From a candidate division WOR-3 bacterium (GTDB lineage: Bacteria; Hydrothermota; Hydrothermia; LBFQ01): a stretch of 64,000 nt of DNA. Below are positions 10,403 through 18,998 of this stretch, piece by piece. Position 1 is the stretch's first letter. Each line of letters starts with the position of its first letter. A program made the position numbers and the translations under genes. Below the pieces are notes generated by a model. It worked only from the letters and a program-made list of their open reading frames with translations, made no database searches and was not told the origin of the DNA. The stretch spans positions 23,198 through 87,197 of the forward strand of contig JALWYV010000005.1 in the NCBI GenBank assembly GCA_027003075.1, written 5' to 3'.

Positions 10403-11349
10403 GGTTCTATCGACTGATGCGTGTGGGGTACGGTGTACTGGAGGAGGCCCTTCTCACCCTCCGCAGGGAGTTTCCCGGATGCAGGTTCCTGATCTTTACA
10501 GGGGACGAGTACTCCCAGAGATATGGCCTCAGGGTTGCCGAGGTCGTGCGGGGCGATGCGATAATAGGGGACAGAGAACCGGAGGAAAGGGGGTACGGGT
10601 TGGTCATAGGTGTAGGTGGGGGGAGTGTTATAGACAGGGCAAAGCTCTGGGCCTACGAGAGGGGACTGCCGTTTATATCCGTACCTACCCTGCCCTCAAG
10701 CGACGGCATCGCATCTCCGGTGAGTGTTCTGAACGGGAAGAGTCGTTTCCTTACCCTTCCGTACGGTATAATAGTGGATCTGGAGATAATGGAGTCTGCC
10801 CCCCGATGGAGCATTCTGGCTGGCACGGGAGATCTACTCTCCAACCTATCCGCCTCCGTGGACTGGGACCGTTTTAAAGATAGATCCACCGAGCCTTACT
10901 CTCACGAGGCTTCCGTTATGGCAAGATCCGGTGCCCTATCCCTCCTCAACTCCTCCCCGGGCGACAACCTTGATCTACTGATATGGGGACTTATCCTGAG
11001 CGGTCTGGCTATGAACGTGGCAGGCTCTTCCCGTCCTGCGAGCGGACCAGAGCATAAGGTGAGTCATGCCCTTGACTTCATAGGGTACGGAGAGAAGCAC
11101 GGCATACAGGTGGGGATATTTACCCCCCTGTTCCTCAAACTTAACGGATATACGGGTTGGGAAAGGGTCAGGGAGTTCCTTACGGGGGTGGGCTTGCCGG
11201 ATCACGTTACCCTTACGGAGGAGGAGGCCGTTAAGGTATTCAGCAGGGCTTCGGAGACCAGACCCCACAGGTACACGGTAATAGAAAGTCTCGGATGGGA
11301 GAGGGTACTTGATGAGGCCGTTAATCTGGGCTTCGTACGTATAGTTTAA
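10399..11349 (+). CDS. Glycerol-1-phosphate dehydrogenase (EgsA/AraM-like)
   Basis: GVGGGSVID, VPTLPSSDGIASP, SRPASGPEHKVSHALD, HGIQVG; start at ATG 10399 overlapping the upstream stop. Confidence 0.8.
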   Translation: MRFYRLMRVGYGVLEEALLTLRREFPGCRFLIFTGDEYSQRYGLRVAEVVRGDAIIGDREPEERGYGLVIGVGGGSVIDRAKLWAYERGLPFISVPTLPSSDGIASPVSVLNGKSRFLTLPYGIIVDLEIMESAPRWSILAGTGDLLSNLSASVDWDRFKDRSTEPYSHEASVMARSGALSLLNSSPGDNLDLLIWGLILSGLAMNVAGSSRPASGPEHKVSHALDFIGYGEKHGIQVGIFTPLFLKLNGYTGWERVREFLTGVGLPDHVTLTEEEAVKVFSRASETRPHRYTVIESLGWERVLDEAVNLGFVRIV

Positions 11350-11360
11350 ACCGACCTTAA

Positions 11361-11831
11361 GAGGATCAGGAGGTCGTTGGTATCGGTACGAAGATAAGGC
11401 TCGTCCTATCCGTATCCCATCCAGCCGGAACCCTGTACGTTACGTACCCGGACGGTTTTCCCTTCGATATCATCGTCTCTGTGGTATACTATCTCGATAG
11501 CACCTTCCTCGCCTTCTGTTCCGAGCACTATATGACATCCTTCATGTACGTATACGAGGGTAACAAAACGGTAATGTGAATACCGTACAGCGACGTCCCC
11601 ATTCGCTACGTCGGGTACCCGAACCGTCCCCGTAAGGTAGTAATAGACTACAGGGATACGGTCTTCATATACGACGACTCCTCTGGCAACATTCTGATCT
11701 CCAACGGTCACGTTAAGCTTGCTCCTTACAGCGGTGGGGTATACGCACCCCTTCCACCCGATTCGTATACGGATACCCTCCCCATTCCCGAAGGTGGTAC
11801 GGCAGTGGTATGTTTCAGGTGTACGCAGTGA
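11361..11831 (+). pseudogene. Start-less reading frame with one internal TGA (gene remnant)
   Basis: Frame from 11361 reads EDQEVVGIGTKIRL...GNKTVM*IPYSDVPIRYVG...CFRCTQ*; host-like codons; in-frame TGA at 11577-11579. Confidence 0.45.
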
Positions 11832-11835
11832 GGGA

Positions 11836-12273
11836 TTACTCCTTATCCCGATTACGGAGATTTAAAAGAGCCAAAACGGCTTCCGCGGCCTCTTCACCTT
11901 TATTCCCGAACTTTCCACCCGCCCTGTTCAATCCCTGCTCCAGACTGTCAACTGTAAGTACTCCCAGACCTACAGGTACATTCCTATCAACTGCTACCTT
12001 AAGCAGGGAGGAGATAACCGCAGAGGAGAGGTGATCCGCGTGGGAAGTTTCACCCTTCACTATACACCCTAAGACGACAAAACCTTCGTATTCCCCCTTT
12101 GCAGAAAGTATGGATACAGCCTGAGGTAATTCAAAAGAGCCGGGGACCCATACCACTTCGTACGAGCCCCCGGCTTCATCTATTTTCCTTATCGCACCTT
12201 CAACGAGCCTCTCCGTAATGACGGAGTTGAAGCGGCTCGCTACGATGCATATCTTACTTCTGTTTTCCTTCAC
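11836..12273 (-). CDS. ribH: 6,7-dimethyl-8-ribityllumazine synthase
   Basis: ASRFNSVITERL, VPGSFELP, GCIVKGETSH, GNKGEEAA. Confidence 0.95.
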   Translation of the reverse strand: MKENRSKICIVASRFNSVITERLVEGAIRKIDEAGGSYEVVWVPGSFELPQAVSILSAKGEYEGFVVLGCIVKGETSHADHLSSAVISSLLKVAVDRNVPVGLGVLTVDSLEQGLNRAGGKFGNKGEEAAEAVLALLNLRNRDKE

Positions 12274-13846
12274 CTTCCCCCTTGTCGCTCCCTTCGGGCA
12301 GGAGTACGTACACCTCTACCCTGCGGTCCTTGGCCAGACCCTTACCCGTGGGCTCAAAGATGGTGTAGTTGGCCACCTCCTCAAATCGGCTCTCGTCCAG
12401 ATCAAACTGCCTGAGGAGGTACTCCTTCACGGCGAGTGCCCTCTTCTTGGAAAGGAGTTCGTTGTAGAAGGCGCCTCCCCTGCGGTCGGCGTGTCCCCTT
12501 ATAACGACCTTGGCGTAAGGCTCCTTCATAAGGATCTCACCGACCTTGTTGAGCTCCTTCTGGTACCTGGGCTTTATTATGGTCTTGTCGGTATCAAAGT
12601 AAACCACGGCGACCAGTTTGGGCTTACGGGAAAGCTTCTTGTAGAGTTTGACCTTTAGGACGGCGTCGGTCATGAGGTTCACACCCACGTCTATGGGCTG
12701 ATAGTTCTCCTCGTCCTTGGAGATGGTAAGCAGGTAATTGGAGGCGGGGAGGCTATCGTTCCTGTAGGTGCCGCTCTGGTCGGTCGTTCCTTCGGTAGTA
12801 ACTTTACCCACGATCTTCACCTTGGCGCCCTGTATGGGCTCACCGGAGAGGGAGTCAACCACGATAACCATGAGGGTACGGGGACCCTTTTCCTCCACAG
12901 CCTGTACTACGGCAGGTCCACCGGGCCCCATCATCGTAGGACCGGCAGGTCCATAGATCCTCTCGGCTATACGTGCCGGGGAAACGTGGGCTCCAGCGAA
13001 GAGCTCCCAGTTCCACTCCCACTTTTCGGGCTTGTCGGGGGAGAGATAGTACCTGTTGACGTAGTAATTCATGGATATGTTGGTACCAGCGGAGAGAACG
13101 AGACCACCGTTGAAGAACCTGTACCGGATCATAGGAGTGGCAAAGAGGAAGTCCGTGTTGAAACTTATGGGCCCGTAGTACTTGAGCTCAAAGCCACTTT
13201 CAAGGTCGTAGTAACTGGTGAATATGCCGAGACCGAGAAAGAGCGGGTTCTCGGCAAGGCCACCCTCTTTGGTGTCAACGTTGTACCCGAAACCGAGACC
13301 GAGGTTTGCCAGAATGCGGGTGGACCACTGCTCGCTTATGAAATCGTATCCACCGGCTACACCGAGGCGACCTCCGAACAGACCCTCACGGACCTTGAAG
13401 TTGGTGGTATAGGAACCGACCTGTATCTCCCCAGCCTGCTTCTCTCCGGTAGGTACAAGGATACTTACGAGGGCAGATACGCCCCAGTTACGGCGGTTGA
13501 GAAACTGGTACTTGGCACCCAATTCAAAGTCTCTCATACCACCGAACCACCTGTCGGGCTGAGTGGTATCATCAAGCTGCCCTTTATTAAGCCAGTTTAT
13601 ACCCTTAAGGGTGGCGTATATTTCAAGGTTTCGCACGGGGACGGTGTTGATGGAACCCCATCCGAGTAGAAAGTTCTGTATACCGTAAGGGCTGCTCCAT
13701 ATTTTTTCCGCATATATGGTGGTTTCCAGATAGTTGAGGTAACCACCACTCACCAGCTTTTCCTGCGAGGCTCTCCAATCAAAAACATCAAAATACCCGC
13801 TCGCACCTGTATTGGAGAGGTAGCCTATCAGCATTAACATGGTCAT
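12254..13846 (-). CDS. Outer-membrane protein: beta-barrel-like region, one carboxypeptidase-regulatory-like repeat, OmpA domain
   Basis: VVDSLSGEPIQGAKV..TTDQSGTY; VYFDTDK, GHADRRG, YNELLSKKRA, DRRVEV. Confidence 0.85.
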   Translation of the reverse strand: MTMLMLIGYLSNTGASGYFDVFDWRASQEKLVSGGYLNYLETTIYAEKIWSSPYGIQNFLLGWGSINTVPVRNLEIYATLKGINWLNKGQLDDTTQPDRWFGGMRDFELGAKYQFLNRRNWGVSALVSILVPTGEKQAGEIQVGSYTTNFKVREGLFGGRLGVAGGYDFISEQWSTRILANLGLGFGYNVDTKEGGLAENPLFLGLGIFTSYYDLESGFELKYYGPISFNTDFLFATPMIRYRFFNGGLVLSAGTNISMNYYVNRYYLSPDKPEKWEWNWELFAGAHVSPARIAERIYGPAGPTMMGPGGPAVVQAVEEKGPRTLMVIVVDSLSGEPIQGAKVKIVGKVTTEGTTDQSGTYRNDSLPASNYLLTISKDEENYQPIDVGVNLMTDAVLKVKLYKKLSRKPKLVAVVYFDTDKTIIKPRYQKELNKVGEILMKEPYAKVVIRGHADRRGGAFYNELLSKKRALAVKEYLLRQFDLDESRFEEVANYTIFEPTGKGLAKDRRVEVYVLLPEGSDKGEGEGKQK

Positions 13847-13849
13847 AAG

Positions 13850-13922
13850 TGCCCCGCGAGGGACTCGAACCCCCGACCCGCGGATTAAGAATCCGCTGCT
13901 CTACCGACTGAGCTAGCGGGGC
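13850..13922 (-). tRNA. tRNA-Lys(CTT), CCA not encoded
   Basis: GCCCCGCTAGCTCAGTCGGTAGAGCA-GCGGA-TTCTTAA-TCCGC-GGGTCGGGGGTTCGAGTCCCTCGCGGGGCA cloverleaf. Confidence 0.95.
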
Positions 13923-13934
13923 ATCAGGTGGATA

Positions 13935-14933
13935 TTATAGAGCGGAAAAGGTATCTATGAGTATGCGGTTGAAAGCGTTTACCATATCCTTTACATCCGG
14001 CACCTCTTCCCTTCCCTTCAAAGCATCCTTTTTCCATCTTTCCAGATCCCCCATAACCTTACGTATACCCTCCGAGACTGCACCCGGATCCACGGGAACC
14101 ACAACCACCCCCGGAAGGGTCCATACCTCGCTCCCGTCAACCTCCGTGGCGACAACGGGCGTTCCACACGAGAGGGATTCCATAACCGGAAATCCGAGGC
14201 CCTCACTCCGGGATGTGAGGACGAAGAGGTCCGCCGAAGAGTACAACCTCCTCAACTCCGCATCATTTTTTGGATAGAACCGGCGAAAGGGAACGGGCAG
14301 GTCGTTTAGAATATCTTTAGGCCCACCGACGAGCCATACCTCAACTTCACAGCACCCAGAAACATTAACTATGGCCTCCCTGAAGATATCCACCCCCTTC
14401 CGGCGCTCCTTCCGGGGCATGTACATTATTACCGTACGTTCACTTACCCTCAGGGCAGGGTCCGGGTCGGGATAGAACACACCCTTGTCCACACCGGCGG
14501 GGATAACGTGGGGGGTGTCTATCGCCCTGGCCAGGGCCGGATTGTACGTGACCTTCGTTATGGGAAAAGAGTACGTGAGTCGTGCGAGGAGTTTGAAAAG
14601 GGGATTTGAGTGGAAACGGTATTCAAGATCCTGAACGAAGTAAATTGCCCTGCGGGTGAAGGGGAACAGGTACGCGGTTGGCCAGAAGTTCAGGACGGAG
14701 AGGTCGTAGGACTTAAGTAGAGTCGTATACCTGAGGAGGGCGTACAGCCTGTTCCTACCAGGTACGGTCAACCTCCTGACCTCAGGCCGTATAAAGAAGG
14801 GGGTACTACCCCTACCCTCGGGGTAAATCAACGTAACCTCGTGCCCGTGATCCACTAAACCGTTCGCTATTTCAACTAACTTACGGACACCCCCGAAACT
14901 CCCGAGGGATAGCAGGGGAAAGGCTATCCTCAA
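13935..14933 (-). CDS. Glycosyltransferase family 4
   Basis: LYSSADLFVLTSRSEGLGFPVMESLSCGTPVV (EX7E motif). Confidence 0.9.
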   Translation of the reverse strand: MRIAFPLLSLGSFGGVRKLVEIANGLVDHGHEVTLIYPEGRGSTPFFIRPEVRRLTVPGRNRLYALLRYTTLLKSYDLSVLNFWPTAYLFPFTRRAIYFVQDLEYRFHSNPLFKLLARLTYSFPITKVTYNPALARAIDTPHVIPAGVDKGVFYPDPDPALRVSERTVIMYMPRKERRKGVDIFREAIVNVSGCCEVEVWLVGGPKDILNDLPVPFRRFYPKNDAELRRLYSSADLFVLTSRSEGLGFPVMESLSCGTPVVATEVDGSEVWTLPGVVVVPVDPGAVSEGIRKVMGDLERWKKDALKGREEVPDVKDMVNAFNRILIDTFSAL

Positions 14934-14935
14934 CT

Positions 14936-15394
14936 TTACGTTCCGCTTCCGCCCTCCAACACCTTCACCTCCGGTATCTTACCATCAAAGTTTATCCACT
15001 TTCCCCCGCCGGTTATCTTCCACCGCCAGGAGACCTCGTATACCTTCTTGCTGGGTACGTGGACGGCCCGGGCGAAGTATATCACGAATACCGTATCCCC
15101 CTTCCGCTCCACCCTCCATCCGGAGGTATCCGGACGGGCCAGCTCGGGCATGTAGGCCACGTTTCCGCTGGCGGCCGCTTTTATTACCTTGCTCATAAAC
15201 TGGGGATCCCTCGCTCTCTTACCCTCGTATTGGGCGACTATTACCGCAACCCCTTTTCCTCCGGCCACTATCTCCTTCTGGGCTTCGGTGAGGTTGGCCT
15301 GCACCTTCTTTATGACAGCCTCATCCGAAAGGCTTCCGCCACCGCACCCGGCGATCAAACTACCTAAGAGCAACGCGGATATTACCTTACGCAT
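14936..15394 (-). CDS. Hypothetical lipoprotein
   Basis: MRKVISALLLGSLIAGC lipobox; TAAAAT 8 nt upstream. Confidence 0.75.
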   Translation of the reverse strand: MRKVISALLLGSLIAGCGGGSLSDEAVIKKVQANLTEAQKEIVAGGKGVAVIVAQYEGKRARDPQFMSKVIKAAASGNVAYMPELARPDTSGWRVERKGDTVFVIYFARAVHVPSKKVYEVSWRWKITGGGKWINFDGKIPEVKVLEGGSGT

Positions 15395-15418
15395 AGGATA
15401 GGATTTTACTGTCGCAAG

Positions 15419-16366
15419 TCAGTACTTTTCATCAAAGCGGTCGGCACATGCTCCGTTTATTCTCAGACGGAACTTCTTTGATAGAGACAGGTTTATGGCC
15501 GATTTCCCCCTGGTGCTGCTCCTGATAAACCGTAGATAATGGGGACGGAGGAAAGCCTTCCAGTTAACCTTTTTCACCTTCACCACAACGCTATCAACCG
15601 TGTCCTGTTTCACCTCTATGTACGGTGTGGCTATCTCTTTTATCTCGGCAAATAGACTTACCAGTGCTTCCCCCACGTCCTTCGGCCTCGGCTCCCACGC
15701 CCCTATCGCACCCTGTCTGACCATACTTATCCTATCAACGAACACTCCGACCTTCTTCTTACCTGAGGCTTTAAGTAGGTTCTGGATGTACTTTCCGGTG
15801 TTAATACGGGAATCCGAAGGTATCCATACGACCTTTACCCCGACGTCCCTAAGGTCGGATAGGGCCTGTTCCATCTGGAGAGGGTTTTCAACCACCCTTA
15901 CGTGGACCTCCGAGACCTCCGGATACTCCCCGTCAAAGGCGCCGGAGAGGGAGGACCATTCGTCCCTATGGAGCATGATGCCGAGGACCCTCGCGTCATC
16001 AAACGTACAGGTCAAACGTTTGATCTGGATCGGGTAGGATATGGCTACGTACACGGACGCGAAGTTGGGAGGGGTCCTACGGAGCCTGTGGTAATTTTTA
16101 ACGTAAAAGACCGGCCTGTCCTTCACGTTTTCCATGGCGAAGGATAGGGATTTGGGGCCGAGTACTACGACGAAGTCGTACCGTGATCCCGCCTTCTTCC
16201 AGAACCTTTTCCAGAACTCCTCCGGTTTCGTTCCCCGTGGTACCTTCTCCCACTCCATAACGTGGACGTACCCCTGAAACTCCCTGCGAAGTACGTTTGT
16301 TATATCACGGGAGTAGAAGGCCATGGTATCCCTCAAAACGAGGATCTGGCTCAGGAGAAAAAGCAT
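15419..16366 (-). CDS. ABC transporter substrate-binding-like protein
   Basis: VVVLGPKSL, VVWIPSDS, MVRQGAIGA pattern; likely start ATG 16366 (TAACAT 8 nt upstream). Confidence 0.6.
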   Translation of the reverse strand: MLFLLSQILVLRDTMAFYSRDITNVLRREFQGYVHVMEWEKVPRGTKPEEFWKRFWKKAGSRYDFVVVLGPKSLSFAMENVKDRPVFYVKNYHRLRRTPPNFASVYVAISYPIQIKRLTCTFDDARVLGIMLHRDEWSSLSGAFDGEYPEVSEVHVRVVENPLQMEQALSDLRDVGVKVVWIPSDSRINTGKYIQNLLKASGKKKVGVFVDRISMVRQGAIGAWEPRPKDVGEALVSLFAEIKEIATPYIEVKQDTVDSVVVKVKKVNWKAFLRPHYLRFIRSSTRGKSAINLSLSKKFRLRINGACADRFDEKY

Positions 16367-16420
16367 AAGATATAATGTTACGCCCGATTTGCCTGCAGGT
16401 GCGTCCTTAAAATCGCAGGC

Positions 16421-17131
16421 ATGAAACCGAAAGTGGTACTCGTAGGGTACGGAAGGATGGGAAAGGAGGTTCACAGCGTACTTCGGGAAAGGGGGTACCC
16501 TGTGGTTGGGATAGTGGAGAGGGGGGGCGGCCTGGAGGCCATAGACGGGGCGGACGTGGTCGTGGAGTTCGCCCTTCCGGAGGCCACTTTACCGGCCCTC
16601 AGGTACGCAGCAGAGAGGGGGAAGAGGTACGTCTTCGGGACGACCGGTCACACCCCGGAGCAGATGGAGGAGGTAAGGAAAATTTCGGAACGTACGGCCG
16701 TCCTCTATTCCCCTAATTTCTCCAGAGGAATAGCCGTTCTCAAACTCGTCCTGAGGAGGGTACTACCCCTCCTTGAGGACTGGGACAGGGAGGTGTTTGA
16801 GATACACCACAGGTGGAAGAAGGACGCTCCGAGCGGTACGGCCCTCGCCCTTGCGAGGATACTGGGGGAGGAGATAAACGTTAACAGGAGAGGACCGCGT
16901 AAGGAAGGGGAGGTGGGAGTGGCCAGCGTGAGAGGAGGGGACGTCTTCGGTGAACATACGGTCTTCTTTTTTGGAGAGGGGGAGAGGCTGGAGTTTACGC
17001 ACAGGCTCACGTCAAGGAGGGCGCTGGCTCTGGGAGTCCCTCCTGCCATAGATTTCATCATGGGCAAGGATAGGGGACTTTACACGTTTGACGACGTCCT
17101 CGGGGCGTACCCGGGGGAGAGTCCGCAGTAA
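16421..17131 (+). CDS. dapB: 4-hydroxy-tetrahydrodipicolinate reductase
   Basis: GYGRMG, GTTG, EIHHRWKKDAPSGTA, RGGDVFGEHTV. Confidence 0.95.
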   Translation: MKPKVVLVGYGRMGKEVHSVLRERGYPVVGIVERGGGLEAIDGADVVVEFALPEATLPALRYAAERGKRYVFGTTGHTPEQMEEVRKISERTAVLYSPNFSRGIAVLKLVLRRVLPLLEDWDREVFEIHHRWKKDAPSGTALALARILGEEINVNRRGPRKEGEVGVASVRGGDVFGEHTVFFFGEGERLEFTHRLTSRRALALGVPPAIDFIMGKDRGLYTFDDVLGAYPGESPQ

Positions 17132-17141
17132 AATACCCTCT

Positions 17142-17486
17142 ATGTGGATTCTGACCGTAAGGTACGAGTTTGATGCTGCCCACAGGTTACCCGACATAGA
17201 GGGGCCCTGCAGGAACCTTCACGGCCACAGGTGGGTGGTTGAAGCCAACGTCAGGTTCAGGGAACTGGGCAAAGGGGGTGTTTCGGTTGACTTTAAGAAG
17301 ATAAAGGCTGACCTCCATGCCCTCGGTCTGGATCATACCTACCTGAACGAGAAGATGGATGTACCCCCGAGTGCTGAAAACGTCGCTAAGTTCTTTTACG
17401 AGAGGCTCAGGGAGATGGGGTACGACGTCGTTTCCGTCAGGGTGTGGGAGACCCCCAACTACGCCGCCACGTATACCGAGGAGTGA
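17142..17486 (+). CDS. queD: 6-carboxytetrahydropterin synthase
   Basis: FDAAHRL..CRNLHGH, LDHTYLN, PSAEN, VWETP; start ATG 17142. Confidence 0.92.
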   Translation: MWILTVRYEFDAAHRLPDIEGPCRNLHGHRWVVEANVRFRELGKGGVSVDFKKIKADLHALGLDHTYLNEKMDVPPSAENVAKFFYERLREMGYDVVSVRVWETPNYAATYTEE

Positions 17487-18103
17487 TGGACAGGATAGGC
17501 AGGGCCTACGAACGGTACCTTCAGGCTCCGAGGGGGGAGAAGGGGAAGGTCCTATCAGAGCTGGCGAGGAAACTCAGGGTAAGCGAGTCCAAGCTGCGGA
17601 GAATATTTCGGGAGAGGTACGGTAAGAGGAGGAGGGTAAGGAAGTCCCCCACGAGTTACAGCAGGGACGATATACTGTACGCCATCCATTACTCACGGAA
17701 GAATCAGGTATCTCTCCTGTACGCCTGCAGTTATCTGGTAAATACCCGTAAGGTTGTGAGGAAATCCTACGAGGAGGTGAAGGACCCGGTGAGGGCTTTT
17801 TACCTCTCCGTGGTCCGGTTCATCCGCTCTTCCGACTCCCACGTACCGAAGGGCAGGAAGGTGAGCAAAACGGACCTGAAGAGGGCGCTACTCTCCACGG
17901 ATATGGACGAGAGGGAGAAGTTCCTGATAGCGATGGCCATAGATGGCATACTGACCAACTCCTCCCCCCTTAAGGACGAGGATAGGGAGGTACTCGTATC
18001 CCTCCTGCGCAGGGGGTACCTCTCACTAAGGCGGGGGAAGTACTTTATAACTCCGAAGTTGAAGTACGGGATCTTAGGGGATGGGGTACTTGAGGGGTCC
18101 TGA
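17486..18103 (+). CDS. Hypothetical basic DNA-binding protein (N-terminal HTH, C-terminal winged-helix-like)
   Basis: LSELARKLRVSESKLRRIF; LVSLLRRGYLSLRRGKYFITPK; TGATG coupling to queD. Confidence 0.55.
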   Translation: MDRIGRAYERYLQAPRGEKGKVLSELARKLRVSESKLRRIFRERYGKRRRVRKSPTSYSRDDILYAIHYSRKNQVSLLYACSYLVNTRKVVRKSYEEVKDPVRAFYLSVVRFIRSSDSHVPKGRKVSKTDLKRALLSTDMDEREKFLIAMAIDGILTNSSPLKDEDREVLVSLLRRGYLSLRRGKYFITPKLKYGILGDGVLEGS

Positions 18104-18998
18104 CCTTATAAACCCTTACGCGTGGGCGGTTACCTACCTGAGGTTCAGGAGTAAGCCGGTATACCCGGTTCTACCCTCTGTGGGTATAGGGAACCTCAGG
18201 ACCGGAGGGACGGGTAAAACCCCGCTGGTTATGGAGATGGTGAAGAGGCTACCCTCTCCAGCCGTCGTCACCCTCGGATACAGGCGGAAGTACAGGGGTT
18301 GTTTCACGTCCGAGGAGCATCCCTCTCCCGACCACCTCGGGGACGAAGGGTACATGATACACCGGAAAACGGGTGTCCCGGTCGTAGCCTGTAAGGACAG
18401 ACTGAAGGGGGCGGAGATTGCAAAGGCCCTCGGCGCCAGAGTGGTGGTGTACGACGACGTCTTCCAGTACTTCGGTGTTAGGCCCCACGTGAGCGTTCTG
18501 CTGCTCAGGCCCTCCGATGTCAACGCCTACGTTCTCCCCTTCGGCCCTTTAAGGGAGCCTTTCCCGGCATATCGGTTTGCGGATCTGCTCGTGTTCAACT
18601 TCAAACTGGATCCTCCATCACCTCTCCCCGATCTGGGTAAACCCACGTTCTCCATGAGGTACAGGGTGGAGGGAATGGTTAAGAACGGCGAGGTCCTTCC
18701 ACTGAAAGGAAGAAAGGTCTTCGTATTCTGTGCCATAGCCGACCCCATGAGCTTTATAAAGGCCGTAAAGGAGGCAGGTGGGGAGATAGTGGGGAAGAAG
18801 ATTTACCCGGATCACTGGTGGATATCCGAAAGGGACATCGTGGAGATAAGAAGGAAAGCCCGTGAAATGGAAGCCGTTCCCCTGTGTACGGAAAAGGACT
18901 TTTATCGTATGGGTTTACCCGATATTCCCTATCTGAAGGTTTCCGTAAAGGTGGACGAAGGCCTGTTCAGGGAAATAGAAAGGAGACTCGGTGTTTAA
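18081..18998 (+). CDS. lpxK: Tetraacyldisaccharide 4'-kinase
   Basis: IGNLRTGGTGKTP, GDEG, DDVFQY, LPFGPLREP, YPDHW, CTEKD. Confidence 0.92.
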   Translation: MGYLRGPDLINPYAWAVTYLRFRSKPVYPVLPSVGIGNLRTGGTGKTPLVMEMVKRLPSPAVVTLGYRRKYRGCFTSEEHPSPDHLGDEGYMIHRKTGVPVVACKDRLKGAEIAKALGARVVVYDDVFQYFGVRPHVSVLLLRPSDVNAYVLPFGPLREPFPAYRFADLLVFNFKLDPPSPLPDLGKPTFSMRYRVEGMVKNGEVLPLKGRKVFVFCAIADPMSFIKAVKEAGGEIVGKKIYPDHWWISERDIVEIRRKAREMEAVPLCTEKDFYRMGLPDIPYLKVSVKVDEGLFREIERRLGV

